Source of the DNA: TPA_inf: Saccharomyces
Lineage: Eukaryota
Length of the DNA stretch: 64,000 nucleotides
Assembly: GCA_000146045.2 (NCBI GenBank)
Contig: BK006940.2
Location: 64,001 to 128,000 of the forward strand
Reading direction: 5' to 3'
Shown: positions 1 through 12,147 of the stretch, piece by piece
Numbering within the stretch: the stretch's first letter is position 1
Layout: the number at the start of each line of letters is the position of its first letter
The notes under the pieces: model-generated
What the model saw: the letters and a program-made list of their open reading frames with translations, nothing else
Databases searched by the model: none
What the model was told of the DNA's origin: nothing
Position numbers and translations under genes: made by a program

Positions 1-242
1 TGATAAATGCTTGGTTGGCTTGCGGAATTGGGGTAGTTGCTTTTCTTAAAGTTTTTTGATGATCTTCGTGTTTCAAAAGCTAAAGCATTTCTTTTTCTTT
101 TCTATTTTTCACTAATTTTCGTGAAGTGACATATTGCAAAAATAAAATATGTAAATCAAAAGAGGGACAAAAGGATATATTAAGGGTGGTGAATTATGAT
201 ATGAATAGCATTTTATAAATTAATATACATGTGAGTGTCTAT

Positions 243-932
243 TTATTCGTCATCCTCTTCTTCGTCAGCATCTTCAGGGGTGACTTGATAGAAAACCAAT
301 TTGTATTGGTTTTGCCTTATAGAGACGAATCTGATCCAGTCTCTTAGCTGATTCTTCTTCAAATACTTCTTTGTTAGATATTTCAAGTATTTACCAGAAA
401 ATTTGGCACTGGATACTACAGTGACTATAGAACCATCTTCAGTAACCTCAATGGCGTTCCCTAAGTTTCCTACGGCACCATCTACTTTAATATGATCGAT
501 TAAGTACTTGGAATATGAAGCCGGATCGAAGACTCCGTTTTCAGTTGGAGAGGAAACGTCAACGGTTAAGGTTTTGATAACTTTTTGCTTTCTGGAAGTC
601 TGTTACAGTTTTATGTTAGTAATCCCAACTGAGATGAAATCATCCTTGTCGTTTGGACGAGGAAAAAATGTCTGGCCTACTGCTATTAACAATCACTTCA
701 TATAGCTAGAGAAAGCGCATTGCCTCTGTTAAAGCTATAAGGGGTGAATTTTTAAAATACAGAATAGCTGAATACATAAAAATGTAACTTCGAGATGGAA
801 TCCACTAGTTCGCTGTGAAAGCGGGACTGTTCAATGAACTGTAGGAATAGACAAACTTTTTAAAGATTTTATTTTCTTTCATGTTCTCTAATTGTGACAT
901 AGGAACGAAAATTAACGTACGTTTGGAGCCAT
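243..932 (-). CDS. RPL22B: 60S ribosomal protein L22, two exons: complement(join(243..599,921..932)); spliceosomal intron 600..920
   Basis: Reverse complement of 921..932 is ATGGCTCCAAAC (MAPN). It is followed by the 5' splice site GTACGT (rc of 915..920), branchpoint TACTAAC (rc of 615..621) and 3' AG (rc of 600..601). Exon 2 translates [26 protein letters not shown]...[16 protein letters not shown] then stop; the acidic C-terminus is typical of yeast L22. Not in the ORF track because exon 1 is only 12 nt. Confidence 0.85.
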
Positions 933-1476
933 TGTGGTTGATATTTGTGAAACGATATAGGTTTACTGTGCTACGGTGTTTTTATGATCCCAGATGTTCA
1001 AAAAAAATCAATAATTATCAATTAATCGTGTACTTTAATAATCCATATATGAATCATTTAGGTAATTAGCTCTTTTTTGCTTGAAAAATTCATCCATTCG
1101 GCTCGCGTTGTCTAAAAAAAAAAGTTTGGAAACTTTTTTGTATAATTTATGGGTGTTATCTCTGAATATGTACGGGTGTTGACATGGAGAAAGCAGTCTC
1201 GATATTTTGCCGACCTTAATGCTTTAAGAATATGAAAGGAAATGCGGTGCAAATAAACGATCCTATCGTGGTAGTAGGAAAGGGTGTGTACTACTAATAG
1301 AGAATTATACCATACGCTAGTTTGTTTCCGAGTTTGAATAGCTTCGTATTTTCCTTACTGGCTGGTACAGTTAGTTTTAGTGATTCTATTAGTGATTGGA
1401 AAGCATAGTGGAAGGGTTTCTCGAACGTAATAGAGGCAGAGTTAAAAGAGAAGATTAAACATTACAGTACTAAAAG

Positions 1477-4400
1477 ATGTCCGATTCGGAGGAAGATTTA
1501 GGTGTACAGTTGAAAGGCTTGAAGATAGCGAGGCATTTGAAGGAGTCAGGGGAGCATACTGATGAAGAATCCAACTCAAGCCCCGAACATGATTGCGGCT
1601 TGAGTAATCAAGATGATTTAACTGTTATGCATACACAGGCTAAAGAAGAAGTTTTTAAACGAAGAGAAGAAGACGGAACACGAACCGAAGATGCTTTACA
1701 TGAGGGAGAAGCAGGAAAAGAGGGCACAGGTTTTCCCTCATCACAGTCAGTGTGCAGTCCTAATGAAGCAGATAGCGGTATTGATCGGGCCGATAAACCT
1801 ATTTTGCTGGACCCTTTTAAATCTGTGCACGATACGGATCCTGTTCCAGGTACAAAGTCCAGGAGCAATTCAGACTCCGACTCTGATTCAGATGATGGAG
1901 GCTGGCAAGAGATGCCCGCTGTCTCATCGTTCAATATATATAACCACAGAGGCGAACTAGAGTTGACTTCCAAGGTTAGAAACTCAGAACAAGCCTCTGA
2001 GACGTCTCCCACAGTTCCTCCAGGAAAAAATTGCAAAAGTGTCAATGATTCTAGATTTGACTATACGAAAATGGCCGCTGAGCAGCAAGCCCAACGATCC
2101 TATCGAACAAATAAAAAAACAGATTTCCTTTTTGACCACAAAGTACTGAAAAAGAAAATTAACAGTTCGCAAACTTCCGTAAATTTGACTTCTTCCCCTT
2201 CGACTACATCCTTGAACAATGAAAAAAATAATGATGACGATGATGATGATTCTTATGACGAATATGAGGACGACGTGGAACCAGTGAACGACTTGAATCG
2301 GGACTCGCAGTTAAACATAACGAAAAATCTGCTATCTGATATGGAGAAGTTTGCCTACGTAGGTGCAATAAACATTTTGGCAAATCAAATGTGCACGAAT
2401 TTGGCTACGCTGTGTCTTTGTATTGACATTAAATCCCACAAGAAACTAGCACATAGATTACAGTTTACCCAGAAGGATATGGCTGCTTGGAAAACTGTGG
2501 TTTTATCACGGCTATATGATCATTTGGGGATATCTCAAGAAGAAATTGTTATGATTGAGAAGCTTTCTCTGCACAAAATCCAATTGGAAGATTTGTGTAA
2601 ATGTTTGAAAACCACTCAGAGCATTGATAATCCATGGGAGAATGATAGAGACCACGAAGAAGACGGTATAGAGGAAACTACGGAACGAATGAGTCCAAAT
2701 GAACAAAATGGCTCAGTACAGGCTAGTACTCCCGACCCAGAACAATCCGCAACACCTGAAACACCAAAGGCTAAACAATCACCGTTATCTTCGGACGTTC
2801 CAGGAAAAGTACTCGATCCGGAAAATGTCAAAAGCCAAGACAAATTAAATATAGATGTGGCGTGGACCATTATATGTGATCTTTTCCTAATATGCTTGCA
2901 ATCCTCCACCTATGATTCGAGGTCAAGGACTTTGTTGATAAATTTTGCCAAAGTCTTGAATATGACTAGCTTGGAAATTTGTGAATTTGAAAGACGAGTA
3001 ACAGATTCCTTAGACATGGAACAATCTACAGAAGATCAAGTATGGGATGAACAAGATCACATGAGAAATAGACGGAGAAGCAAAAGAAGAAAGAAAATGG
3101 CATATGTCGCACTTGCCATGGTAGGTGGTTCTTTGGTCCTTGGACTAAGTGGTGGTTTACTAGCCCCCGTCATTGGCGGGGGGATTGCTGCTGGTTTGTC
3201 AACAATAGGTATTACTGGTGCTACAAGTTTCTTGACCGGAGTGGGTGGTACCACTGTTGTTGCCGTTTCAAGTACTGCTATTGGTGCCAACATCGGTGCT
3301 AGAGGTATGTCAAAAAGGATGGGAAGTGTGAGAACTTTTGAGTTCAGGCCACTGCATAATAATAGAAGGGTTAATCTAATCCTAACAGTGTCAGGCTGGA
3401 TGGTTGGTAACGAAGATGATGTTAGATTGCCATTTTCTACGGTGGACCCTGTTGAAGGTGACCTGTACTCGTTATATTGGGAGCCCGAAATGCTAAAGTC
3501 TATTGGTCAAACGGTCAGTATTGTAGCTACCGAAATTTTTACCACCTCGCTTCAACAAATTTTGGGTGCCACTGTTTTAACAGCCTTGATCAGTTCTATC
3601 CAATGGCCGATGGCTTTATCGAAATTGGGTTATATTTTAGATAATCCGTGGAATGTTTCTTTGGACAGAGCTTGGTCTGCAGGCAAAATTCTTGCTGACA
3701 CCCTAATTGCAAGAAATTTAGGTGCCCGCCCCATTACACTGGTTGGCTTCTCAATAGGTGCGAGGGTCATTTTTTCTTGTTTAATCGAATTGTGCAAGAA
3801 AAAGGCTCTAGGTTTGATTGAAAACGTTTATCTATTCGGTACACCAGCTGTCATGAAAAAGGAGCAACTAGTCATGGCAAGATCTGTAGTTAGTGGGAGG
3901 TTTGTAAATGGTTATTCGGATAAAGATTGGTTTTTAGCATATTTATTTAGAGCTGCTGCTGGTGGATTTAGTGCTGTTATGGGTATTTCTACGATAGAAA
4001 ACGTTGAAGGTATCGAGAATATTAATTGCACTGAATTTGTTGATGGTCATTTGAATTATCGTAAAAGCATGCCTAAGTTATTAAAAAGAATTGGTATTGC
4101 TGTTTTAAGTGAGGAGTTTGTCGAGATAGAGGAGATGATGAACCCAGAAGAAGTGAAAAGAAAAAGGAAATTAATAAATGATGTCGATGCAGCCCAAAAA
4201 AAACTAAGTGAAAGAAAAAAGCATAACAGTTGGGTGCCGAAGTGGTTGAAACCGAAGAAATCCAAATGGAAGGTCATGGTCGAAGAAGCTGTCGAAGAAG
4301 GAAGAGATATGCAAGACCTACCAGAAAATGACGTCAATAACAATGAAAACGAAAATCCAGATGAACATGAAGGGATAGCAAGGCAAAAACGCAGAGATGC

Positions 4401-4698
4401 TGCTCTTGTCGATCATGGGGCATTAATGCATGAGTTACAACTTATAAAACAAGCGATGCACGAAGACGAAATAAAGAATAAAGCATGCCTTCCAGGAGAA
4501 GACAAGGAAGTGGAATCATCAAACGACTTCTTGGGGGAGTCGCATTACAAACCACCGTCAACACCAAAAATTAATCCACCACAAAGCCCTAATAACTTCC
4601 AATTGTTAAGTGCTGGGAGAACTATTCTTCCAGAGGATGATGATTTCGACCCTCGAGGAAAAAAAAAGGTTGAATTCTCTTTCCCAGATGATATCTAG
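1477..4698 (+). CDS. MIL1: Predicted alpha/beta-hydrolase (lipase-like) membrane protein, 1073 aa; Asp/Ser-rich N-terminus
   Basis: Single 1073-aa ORF. It has a GxSxG motif (VGFSIGARV) and a hydrophobic Gly-rich segment (MAYVALAMVGGSLVLGLSGGLLAPVIGGGIAAGL). Recognised as YFL034W. Confidence 0.85.
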   Translation: MSDSEEDLGVQLKGLKIARHLKESGEHTDEESNSSPEHDCGLSNQDDLTVMHTQAKEEVFKRREEDGTRTEDALHEGEAGKEGTGFPSSQSVCSPNEADSGIDRADKPILLDPFKSVHDTDPVPGTKSRSNSDSDSDSDDGGWQEMPAVSSFNIYNHRGELELTSKVRNSEQASETSPTVPPGKNCKSVNDSRFDYTKMAAEQQAQRSYRTNKKTDFLFDHKVLKKKINSSQTSVNLTSSPSTTSLNNEKNNDDDDDDSYDEYEDDVEPVNDLNRDSQLNITKNLLSDMEKFAYVGAINILANQMCTNLATLCLCIDIKSHKKLAHRLQFTQKDMAAWKTVVLSRLYDHLGISQEEIVMIEKLSLHKIQLEDLCKCLKTTQSIDNPWENDRDHEEDGIEETTERMSPNEQNGSVQASTPDPEQSATPETPKAKQSPLSSDVPGKVLDPENVKSQDKLNIDVAWTIICDLFLICLQSSTYDSRSRTLLINFAKVLNMTSLEICEFERRVTDSLDMEQSTEDQVWDEQDHMRNRRRSKRRKKMAYVALAMVGGSLVLGLSGGLLAPVIGGGIAAGLSTIGITGATSFLTGVGGTTVVAVSSTAIGANIGARGMSKRMGSVRTFEFRPLHNNRRVNLILTVSGWMVGNEDDVRLPFSTVDPVEGDLYSLYWEPEMLKSIGQTVSIVATEIFTTSLQQILGATVLTALISSIQWPMALSKLGYILDNPWNVSLDRAWSAGKILADTLIARNLGARPITLVGFSIGARVIFSCLIELCKKKALGLIENVYLFGTPAVMKKEQLVMARSVVSGRFVNGYSDKDWFLAYLFRAAAGGFSAVMGISTIENVEGIENINCTEFVDGHLNYRKSMPKLLKRIGIAVLSEEFVEIEEMMNPEEVKRKRKLINDVDAAQKKLSERKKHNSWVPKWLKPKKSKWKVMVEEAVEEGRDMQDLPENDVNNNENENPDEHEGIARQKRRDAALVDHGALMHELQLIKQAMHEDEIKNKACLPGEDKEVESSNDFLGESHYKPPSTPKINPPQSPNNFQLLSAGRTILPEDDDFDPRGKKKVEFSFPDDI

Positions 4699-5114
4699 AT
4701 GGCTTTTATTCTATTAAAATGATCTATCATAGACACATTCATAGGTTAAATAGGACGTTCTCCAAAATATGTAACAATACTATATAGAATAATATATGTG
4801 TTTTATTCTGCTTTTAATATTTCCAGATTTTAAAGTTTTGATACAAAATATGAAATTAGGGACTTCAAAAATTCTAATTTAGCCTCGAAATTGAGAAATG
4901 AAATTAGATCATAAATTAACTCTAACAAAGGAGAATATATATACGTACATATATATATATATATATATAAGTTATTGTAATTGAGAAAAAAATAAACATC
5001 ATATAAAACTTCCGTTTTAATGAACGGGGGAAAATCCATGATTATTCTCAGATTTGCTTTCAAGCAAAGTTTTTATTCAGTTATTTTTTTTAATTATCTT
5101 TATCTTAAAATTTA

Positions 5115-8100
5115 TCAGTGCGTTTCATCAGAATCGCTCAATATAGTATGCTCTTCATCTTCTTGAGACTTTTTCAGTGCGTACTTAGCCACCAATTTTT
5201 TTAGCTCGTCAAGTTTTACCGGTTTTTCTAAAACATCGTCAAAGACTCTACTGGTTGCCGCCTCCTGAAAATAATTTGTTATGGCCACAATTGGTGTTGT
5301 CGAATTAGCACCATTTGTTTGCTTTAGTAGTTGAACAATGTCAATAGCACCAAGTTTTGGAAGCTTCAAGGCTGTCATAATTAAGTCAAAACTTACACCA
5401 CTAGTGGCTCTACTAACTAGTTCATCACCGGCACCAACACTGACGACGGTACAGCCCAAATTTTCTAAGTCTTTAGTAACCCGATATCTATGAATCGGTA
5501 TAGGCTCACAAACAAGAACATCCATGTGGTATCCAATCTCAGAAGTGCTCGAGCTCTTTCGGCCACTACGCCTCCTGTTTCTTAAAGAGTTAACTCTTGA
5601 TATAGCCTGTAGTCGGTCGCTTTCCTCTGCCGAGAGATCACTGGAATTGGTCCGTTGCGAAAAACTCTTTGATAGAACCCTCTGTCTTGAAAAATATGAG
5701 CTCACGGTGGTGGTATTAGCAGGTGATAGTGGCGACTTGAATTTAGTCATCGTAGGTGAATCCGAGCTATTTGCTGTTGTTTGTTGGTTATCCCCGATTA
5801 TACTACCCTTCCTTGATAATGTTGACGAGTCGATACTAATACTTCGTTCAGGAGAATATGATCTTGTGGAGAATGAATCAGACCTCAAAAATGTTTTGGG
5901 AAATGTGCCAAATGTTGAAGGAGAACCGGATATGGTAGGCTTATGTATTTTCAACTTGCCACCAGATGTAGTGTTTGAAGCGTTACTCCCTGGAGTTGAC
6001 ACTGATCCGTCTGAGGATGACCCCATTAGTGACGCAGAAGAGGTTCTTCTGTGAACCCCAGGTTGTTCAGAAAAATGTTCACTTTTCAGTCTATTTATAG
6101 CATCTTTATTAGCTTTATCAAGAGCCGATAAATTCCTGAAATTAAAAGAACCAAATTCCGTTTGTGAATCATTCAATTTACTTGATCTGCGATCCCTCAT
6201 ATGTGGAGGTATAGCCAGTGACAAATTCTTCAGATTGGGTGAGTTTTTGGCACTTGTAGTAGTTGTACCGGTCCCGTTAGGTGTAATATATCCTGTTTCT
6301 TGAGGTACTGACTCTAATACAGAAGCAATACTTAATTTATTAACCGGTGTATGTGCACCAAAGTCATGCACGCTACTGTTGGAATTATTTGAGCTCCTAT
6401 TAGTGGTGTTACTCATCGATAGTTTACGGGATAAAATATTTTTATGATTCAATGGTGGAGAGAGATTAGCTGCAGATAATTCAGAAACATCGGTGTTAAT
6501 GCCATGTTTACCAAACAAAATATTGGCATTATCGTTTTCGATATCGTCTCCAAAATCTTGGAGCTCTGCACCCCTTAGGTCAAAATAATCAGTATCTTCT
6601 GGATTGTCTATTGTAGGGACAAAAGAAGCTTCCTCATCGTAAACATGATCCCAATCCACATTCTTGAAATAAGGGTGATCTTTAATTTCTTGAATTCCTT
6701 TCGCACCCAGTCTTTTCGCAGGATCCACAACCAACAATTTTTCTATCAAATCTTTTGCCTCTGGTGTTAGGAATTCTCGCTCTTCTTCTTCATTTTTAAA
6801 CTCTGGCCATTGAATGACTCCTGATAGAATTTTCTTAAAAACAGCATCTGGTGTTTCTGCATGGAATGGAGGATACCCTAAAAGTAATTCGAAAAATATA
6901 CAACCAACTGACCACCAGTCGCATTGCTTGTTATCTTCACCCTTTCCTTCAATAGTTTCTGGAGCGAGATAATCGGGAGTCCCAAAAAATTTCTTATTTT
7001 GCTTGCTATCATCAGGATAAAACAAAGCTAAATCCGAAGGTGCTGGCGAAAGGGAAATGTTATTATTCGAGTTAATATTCGTATTGGTAGCTGCGATAGC
7101 ATCTGAAGATAATAGGTCATTAGAAAAGGATTTATTCTCAGTGAGTGATTTCCTTCTCATAATATTATTAGCGTTCGAATTTGTGGGATTTGCTAAAGGA
7201 GGAGTACTAGAACGAGAAATATCAAGGAGGGAAAATGATAATTGAGATTCACTTCTTCTAAGGGACGCTGGGAGATCGATGTTCGAACTTCCGTGTGATC
7301 TGTCCTTCCCACGGTAATATGAAGGATAAACAACAGTGTTCGTACTGGGCGTTGGCGTCATTGAGTGGGAATTGGAAGTACTTGAGTATTCTGAGTGTTC
7401 GTATTGCTGACCTAGTGATGACTTCTTGCTTCTATTATACTGCTTATGATCTGATGTGAAGCTATCTGGGGTTGATAATTGAGAATGATTACTATTGTTG
7501 TTGTTCATGGTAAAATTATTTGCTGGGTTATCGATTGGTAAAGTGGAACTGATACTTAGCGACGACTTATGTGGGACAAACTTGTGACGGCGAATCAGAC
7601 CAGCTCTTGATAAACCGAAATCTGTTAATTTCACATGACCTGCATTATCAATTAGTAGATTTTCAGGCTTTAAGTCATGATGAATGATCCCATTTTGATG
7701 CATATCATTCACACCGACAACGATTTCGGTTAGGTATTGCTTGGCCCATTGATCGGGCAGATACCCCATCATCTTGATTAAAGTGGCCAAATCTCCACCT
7801 GGTAAATATTCCATCACTAAGAAAAGGTTATCTTTATTTTGGAAACTAGCAAATAGTCTCGCAACATAGGGCTTATCACTTTGAACCATCATGATTGCTC
7901 TCTCGGATTTGACATTTGTTACTTGATTTTTGGCAATCATATCTGATTTCCTTAGAACCTTTATAGCAAAATAATCTCCTGTGAGTTTTTTCCGTGCTAG
8001 ATAAACACTACCATAAGCACCTTTGCTGATTGGTTTCAAGATATCGTAATCTTTTATGCTAGGCGTTGGAGATTTAACAGTTTGGTTTGTGGCCAATAAA

Positions 8101-9354
8101 AGGGGTGATAATGGCATATTCGGTGAAGTTAACATTGCATTATTGATACTATCTGTTCTGGCAATATTGGAAGGGTGCTGCTCTGGGGTTAAAAAATCCT
8201 TGGAGAATGTGAAAGGTGAAGATATCGGCGATTTATCATGAATCAGTTTAAAACTGTTTGTCTGCTGCATAGAATGGCTTGCGAGATTACCAAATGATGG
8301 TGAACCACGCCTTGGGGTCAAGGAAATACTTGTCATTAGTTTTGGTAATACTGAGTTTGTGGAATTGTTACTATTAGTCTTGGTACCCGTGGTGGTCGCC
8401 TGAGTAGAGGATGTTATGGTGGTATCTACGGAAGGTTGAGGTTGAAGAGAATCTTTATCTCTAGACAGCATTTCGTTGGTGCGGTCATCATTATCTACAT
8501 GTGAGTATTCTATCTTTTGTCTTGGTGTTATGGATCTTGATCTTATCCCCAGCCTTGACGAAGAGGAAGAAGGTCTTTCCGAGTTACTAGTCCGAGAGTC
8601 GGTGGCTTCACCAATACCATACTGTTTCATACTACTACCCCTACTATTAGTGTTATTATCTCTATCAATAGATATCGTGGATTCGATACTTGGGTTCGGA
8701 ATGATGTCAGCGTTTAAATAGGCATCAGAGAATAATCCGTTTGAGTCAAGTTTCCTTCGAGGTGTCGGTAGTTTCATAACGGTGTTGCTACAACTACGGG
8801 GCAAAGGAGAAGGATGCCTGATATCATTTGCAGTTGGTGTTTCTTCAATGGAAGAAACCGGGAAAGGAATAGGCTCCAGATGAGACTTGGAGGGTGCTTC
8901 AAAGGACGCACATTGGTCGTGTTGGACTTGCAGGGGAGTAGAGGAGGAATATATGAGATTCTCGGCTTCTGGTTGTTGAGAGTGAATTTGCGGCAGTGGG
9001 GAATGAAATATGGAAGAAGACCTTAAATTCATTGGGTGAGTTAGGATTGCATGCTTATTTATTTCAATTTGCTCGCGGATCAGTTGTACCACATAGTTGT
9101 TGACCTCGTTTTTAATCTTTAAAGAATAGGTCATTGCGTTATCCAACCTCAACACGGCATCCACTTTTTTCCTTGCCAAGTCCAGAGTATCGTGAATCAA
9201 AAGAGCTAGTCCAGGATCCTGATCATCATTGAGAAAAAATCTTGATTGCCACGACGTGACGTTTTGAATGTTGTGGTTAGTCCTTGGGGAAAACTGAAAA
9301 TATGAATTCAAGCTAACTGTATCTTTTTGGATAGGGAATTGATCTAACAAAGCA

Positions 9355-9386
<32 letters not shown>

Positions 9387-10427
9387 GTTATTATTACCAT
9401 TATCTTGAGGAAATGTTGAAAGACTGTGGTAAAGATCAGGAACCATTTCACTCGGGTTGATATCTATGGCGTCCTGACACAGCTCTCTTAAGGAGTCTAA
9501 AACTTGGTTAAGGAAGTTGTTGGAACGTACCTGTATCTGACTGCCCTTATACTCTGAATCTTTCGTGAAGTTTGCCAAGATCGCCTGTTGCTCAAGAAGA
9601 TTATCGTGTAGTAATTGTATGAGCGATTCCGTTCTATGCTCGCAAACGCAACTTTGCGAATGGGTCTCCAACCACCAAACAGGGACAAAGTTCTCACAGA
9701 CCCGGCATAGTTCCATTTTTGGCAGAGGTAGATTGAACTCGTCTATTATCATTTCCAGTCGTATTCTCTTCAAGTACTGCACGAAGATCTTAGCGCCGAA
9801 CCCAAGCGTCTTGGCGAACTCTTCGGGAAGTTGGATATCGATATCGTCGCAATTATCGGATAACTGGATGACCATGTCGTCTTGAGCGTCTTCGTTGGCA
9901 TAAAAGTCTGACCAGTCGTTTGTGCGAGGCTTGACTATCCACATCGTGTGAGAGGGCAACTGTGTGTGGCCATCCCTGATTAAGATACCACGTGCTTCCA
10001 AGGTCGTTATCGTACTTTCATCGTCACAGCCTGCGCTACCTTCATAGTCGGCTGCCTTTATCTTGAACGTTATAGTGCAACTGGTGTCATCATTCATGAG
10101 CAGCATGTCTGTGGCCTTTTGAAAGACACCTTTATCTTGATCGGATCCGAGAATAAGGTCTGCAATGTACGTCGGAGAAGAGCCACTATCATCGGCGACT
10201 CCTGTGATCGTGTTCCACTGTGGAGAGCCATATCGCACCTTGCCGTCCAGTTCCAGCTCCAAGATCATACACGGATTCTTCTCTGTGGCCAGCTGCAGAT
10301 ATTTTTCATAATTGGAGGAAGTCAATGAGCTTGGGTTCGAATTCGATGATATCGGGGAGAGCTTGTTTATGCCAAGTCCCTCTTTCATAGCCTGAGATCC
10401 GCCTGCGGTGTTACTTCTATTGAACAT
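5115..10427 (-). CDS. RIM15: Ser/Thr protein kinase of the PAS/Greatwall class with C-terminal receiver domain, 1770 aa
   Basis: 1770-aa ORF. Kinase motifs present: GAYGSVYLARKK, HRDLKPENLL, DFGLS, and a long kinase insert before GTPDYLAPE. Internal run of 16 Asn. Recognised as RIM15. Confidence 0.9.
9358..9399 (-). repeat. RIM15: (AAT)n trinucleotide repeat encoding the 16-Asn run of RIM15
   Basis: Plus strand (TTA)n with one GTT interruption: ttattattattattattattattattgttattatt. Confidence 0.9.
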
Positions 10428-11178
10428 CTGTCTTCCTCTACTGGGCTTATCTATTCTATCAAATGAGGCAAGAGAAAGGAAAGGGAAAAAAAAAAAGGGA
10501 AAATGCTTGATGAGTTAGGAATTCAGTAAAAGCACCCACCAGAACCTCTACAGCAGGCCTTCCAGGAGTGGTTAAGAGGATAGAGAATTCTGTATATATA
10601 TATACGTCTATATCTATACAAAAAACGGCAGACAATGCAGAAGTTGAAAATGCTGTGATACGAACAACAACTTATTTTTACAATGAAAAACAACACCAAG
10701 CTGCCAAAAGCTGTATATTAAAGTTAAAGCTCCCTCATTTTTAGTAAGGACGCTTTCTTTTCCCACAAAAGGGACGAGGAAAAAAAGAAAAACCTGGAAA
10801 TATAGTCACGTGACATGAATAAACAAGACCTAGGGCAATATGGAAAAAGAAGCTAGGATAAAAATACATTTATGAGGGTTGTAAGGCAAAGTGGCTCAGC
10901 ATTAAGTAGGGCTAAAAAGAGTCGCAAATATACATCGTACCGAGTGATGAACGTGGTTTTGAACACCTTGTTCTCTTTTGTTCTCGCTCCCTACATTCAC
11001 TATATATTAGAAGAAATTTCACCTCAATGGACAACTCGAGAAATGAATACAGAAATATGTTTTTTAGCGAAATTTTCCTTTCTTCTTGTCTTCTTGTTTT
11101 ATTTAAACTTCCAAGGCTTTAACTCAGTGTCAAACATAACAACCTCCTCCTCCCCCACCTACGACAACAACCGCCACT

Positions 11179-12147
11179 ATGGAAATGACTGATTTTGAAC
11201 TAACTAGTAATTCGCAATCGAACTTGGCTATCCCTACCAACTTCAAGTCGACTCTGCCTCCAAGGAAAAGAGCCAAGACAAAAGAGGAAAAGGAACAGCG
11301 AAGGATCGAGCGTATTTTGAGAAACAGAAGAGCTGCTCACCAGAGCAGAGAGAAAAAAAGACTACATCTGCAGTATCTCGAGAGAAAATGTTCTCTTTTG
11401 GAAAATTTACTGAACAGCGTCAACCTTGAAAAACTGGCTGACCACGAAGACGCGTTGACTTGCAGCCACGACGCTTTTGTTGCTTCTCTTGACGAGTACA
11501 GGGATTTCCAGAGCACGAGGGGCGCTTCACTGGACACCAGGGCCAGTTCGCACTCGTCGTCTGATACGTTCACACCTTCACCTCTGAACTGTACAATGGA
11601 GCCTGCGACTTTGTCGCCCAAGAGTATGCGCGATTCCGCGTCGGACCAAGAGACTTCATGGGAGCTGCAGATGTTTAAGACGGAAAATGTACCAGAGTCG
11701 ACGACGCTACCTGCCGTAGACAACAACAATTTGTTTGATGCGGTGGCCTCGCCGTTGGCAGACCCACTCTGCGACGATATAGCGGGAAACAGTCTACCCT
11801 TTGACAATTCAATTGATCTTGACAATTGGCGTAATCCAGCCGTGATTACGATGACCAGGAAACTACAGTGAACAAGAACACTAGCCCCAGCTTTTGCTTT
11901 CTGCTTTTTTTCTTTTTTTTTTTTTTTAGTCGTGGTTCTCTGATGGGGGAGGAGCCGGTTAAAGTACCTTCAAAAGCAGAATGCAGGGTTATTGGAAGCT
12001 TTCTTTTTTTCTTTTATGCTAGTTTTTCCTGAACAAATAGAGCCATTCTTTTCTTATTACTAAGAAATGGACGGCTTGCTTGTACTGTCCGAAGCGCAGT
12101 CAGGTTTGAATTCATTTGAATTGAATGATTTCTTCATCACTTCATGA
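11179..12147 (+). CDS. HAC1: bZIP UPR transcription factor, join(11179..11839,12092..12147) = 238 aa (Hac1i) after Ire1/tRNA-ligase splicing; the unspliced ORF 11179..11871 encodes the 230-aa Hac1u
   Basis: bZIP basic region KRAKTKEEKEQRRIERILRNRRAAHQSREKKR. The unspliced ORF ends ...NWRNPAVITMTRKLQ. Exon 2 (12092..12147) reads (E)AQSGLNSFELNDFFITS plus stop in frame with exon 1 once the 252 nt are removed. Confidence 0.9.
11840..12091 (+). other. HAC1: Unconventional 252-nt HAC1 intron with Ire1 cleavage stem-loops at both junctions
   Basis: 5' site: gtaatc CAG|CCGT gattac, a 6-bp perfect stem with 7-nt loop CNG|CNGN. 3' site: actgt CCG|AAGC gcagt, a 5-bp stem with 7-nt loop. No GT..AG or TACTAAC signals. 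Intron segment 11944..11957 (tgggggaggagccg) is complementary to 5' UTR 11144..11157 (ctcctcctccccca). Confidence 0.9.

Noticed and set aside
508-705. 65-aa ORF at the window start
   Set aside because: Lies inside the RPL22B intron on the opposite strand.
5524-6054. 176-aa ORF antisense inside RIM15, and similar antisense ORFs inside MIL1, BST1, EPL1, BUD27, FRS2, LPD1, MDJ1, SMC1, CDC4 and HXT10
   Set aside because: All are nested antisense to well-supported long genes, as expected from the codon-bias shadow; no independent evidence.
10805-10816. Palindromic E-box GTCACGTGAC upstream of HAC1 as a possible UPRE
   Set aside because: CACGTG is a generic Cbf1/Pho4-type site and does not match the UPRE-1 core CAGCGTG; no support for a UPR role from sequence alone.
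10872-11192. 106-aa ORF (YFL032W-like) overlapping the HAC1 5' UTR and start
   Set aside because: It lies in the HAC1 promoter/5' UTR on the same strand, has low-complexity hydrophobic composition and no motifs; it is a classic dubious ORF.
11337-11825. 162-aa ORF antisense to HAC1 exon 1
   Set aside because: Entirely within the HAC1 coding region on the opposite strand; antisense ORFs of this size arise by chance.
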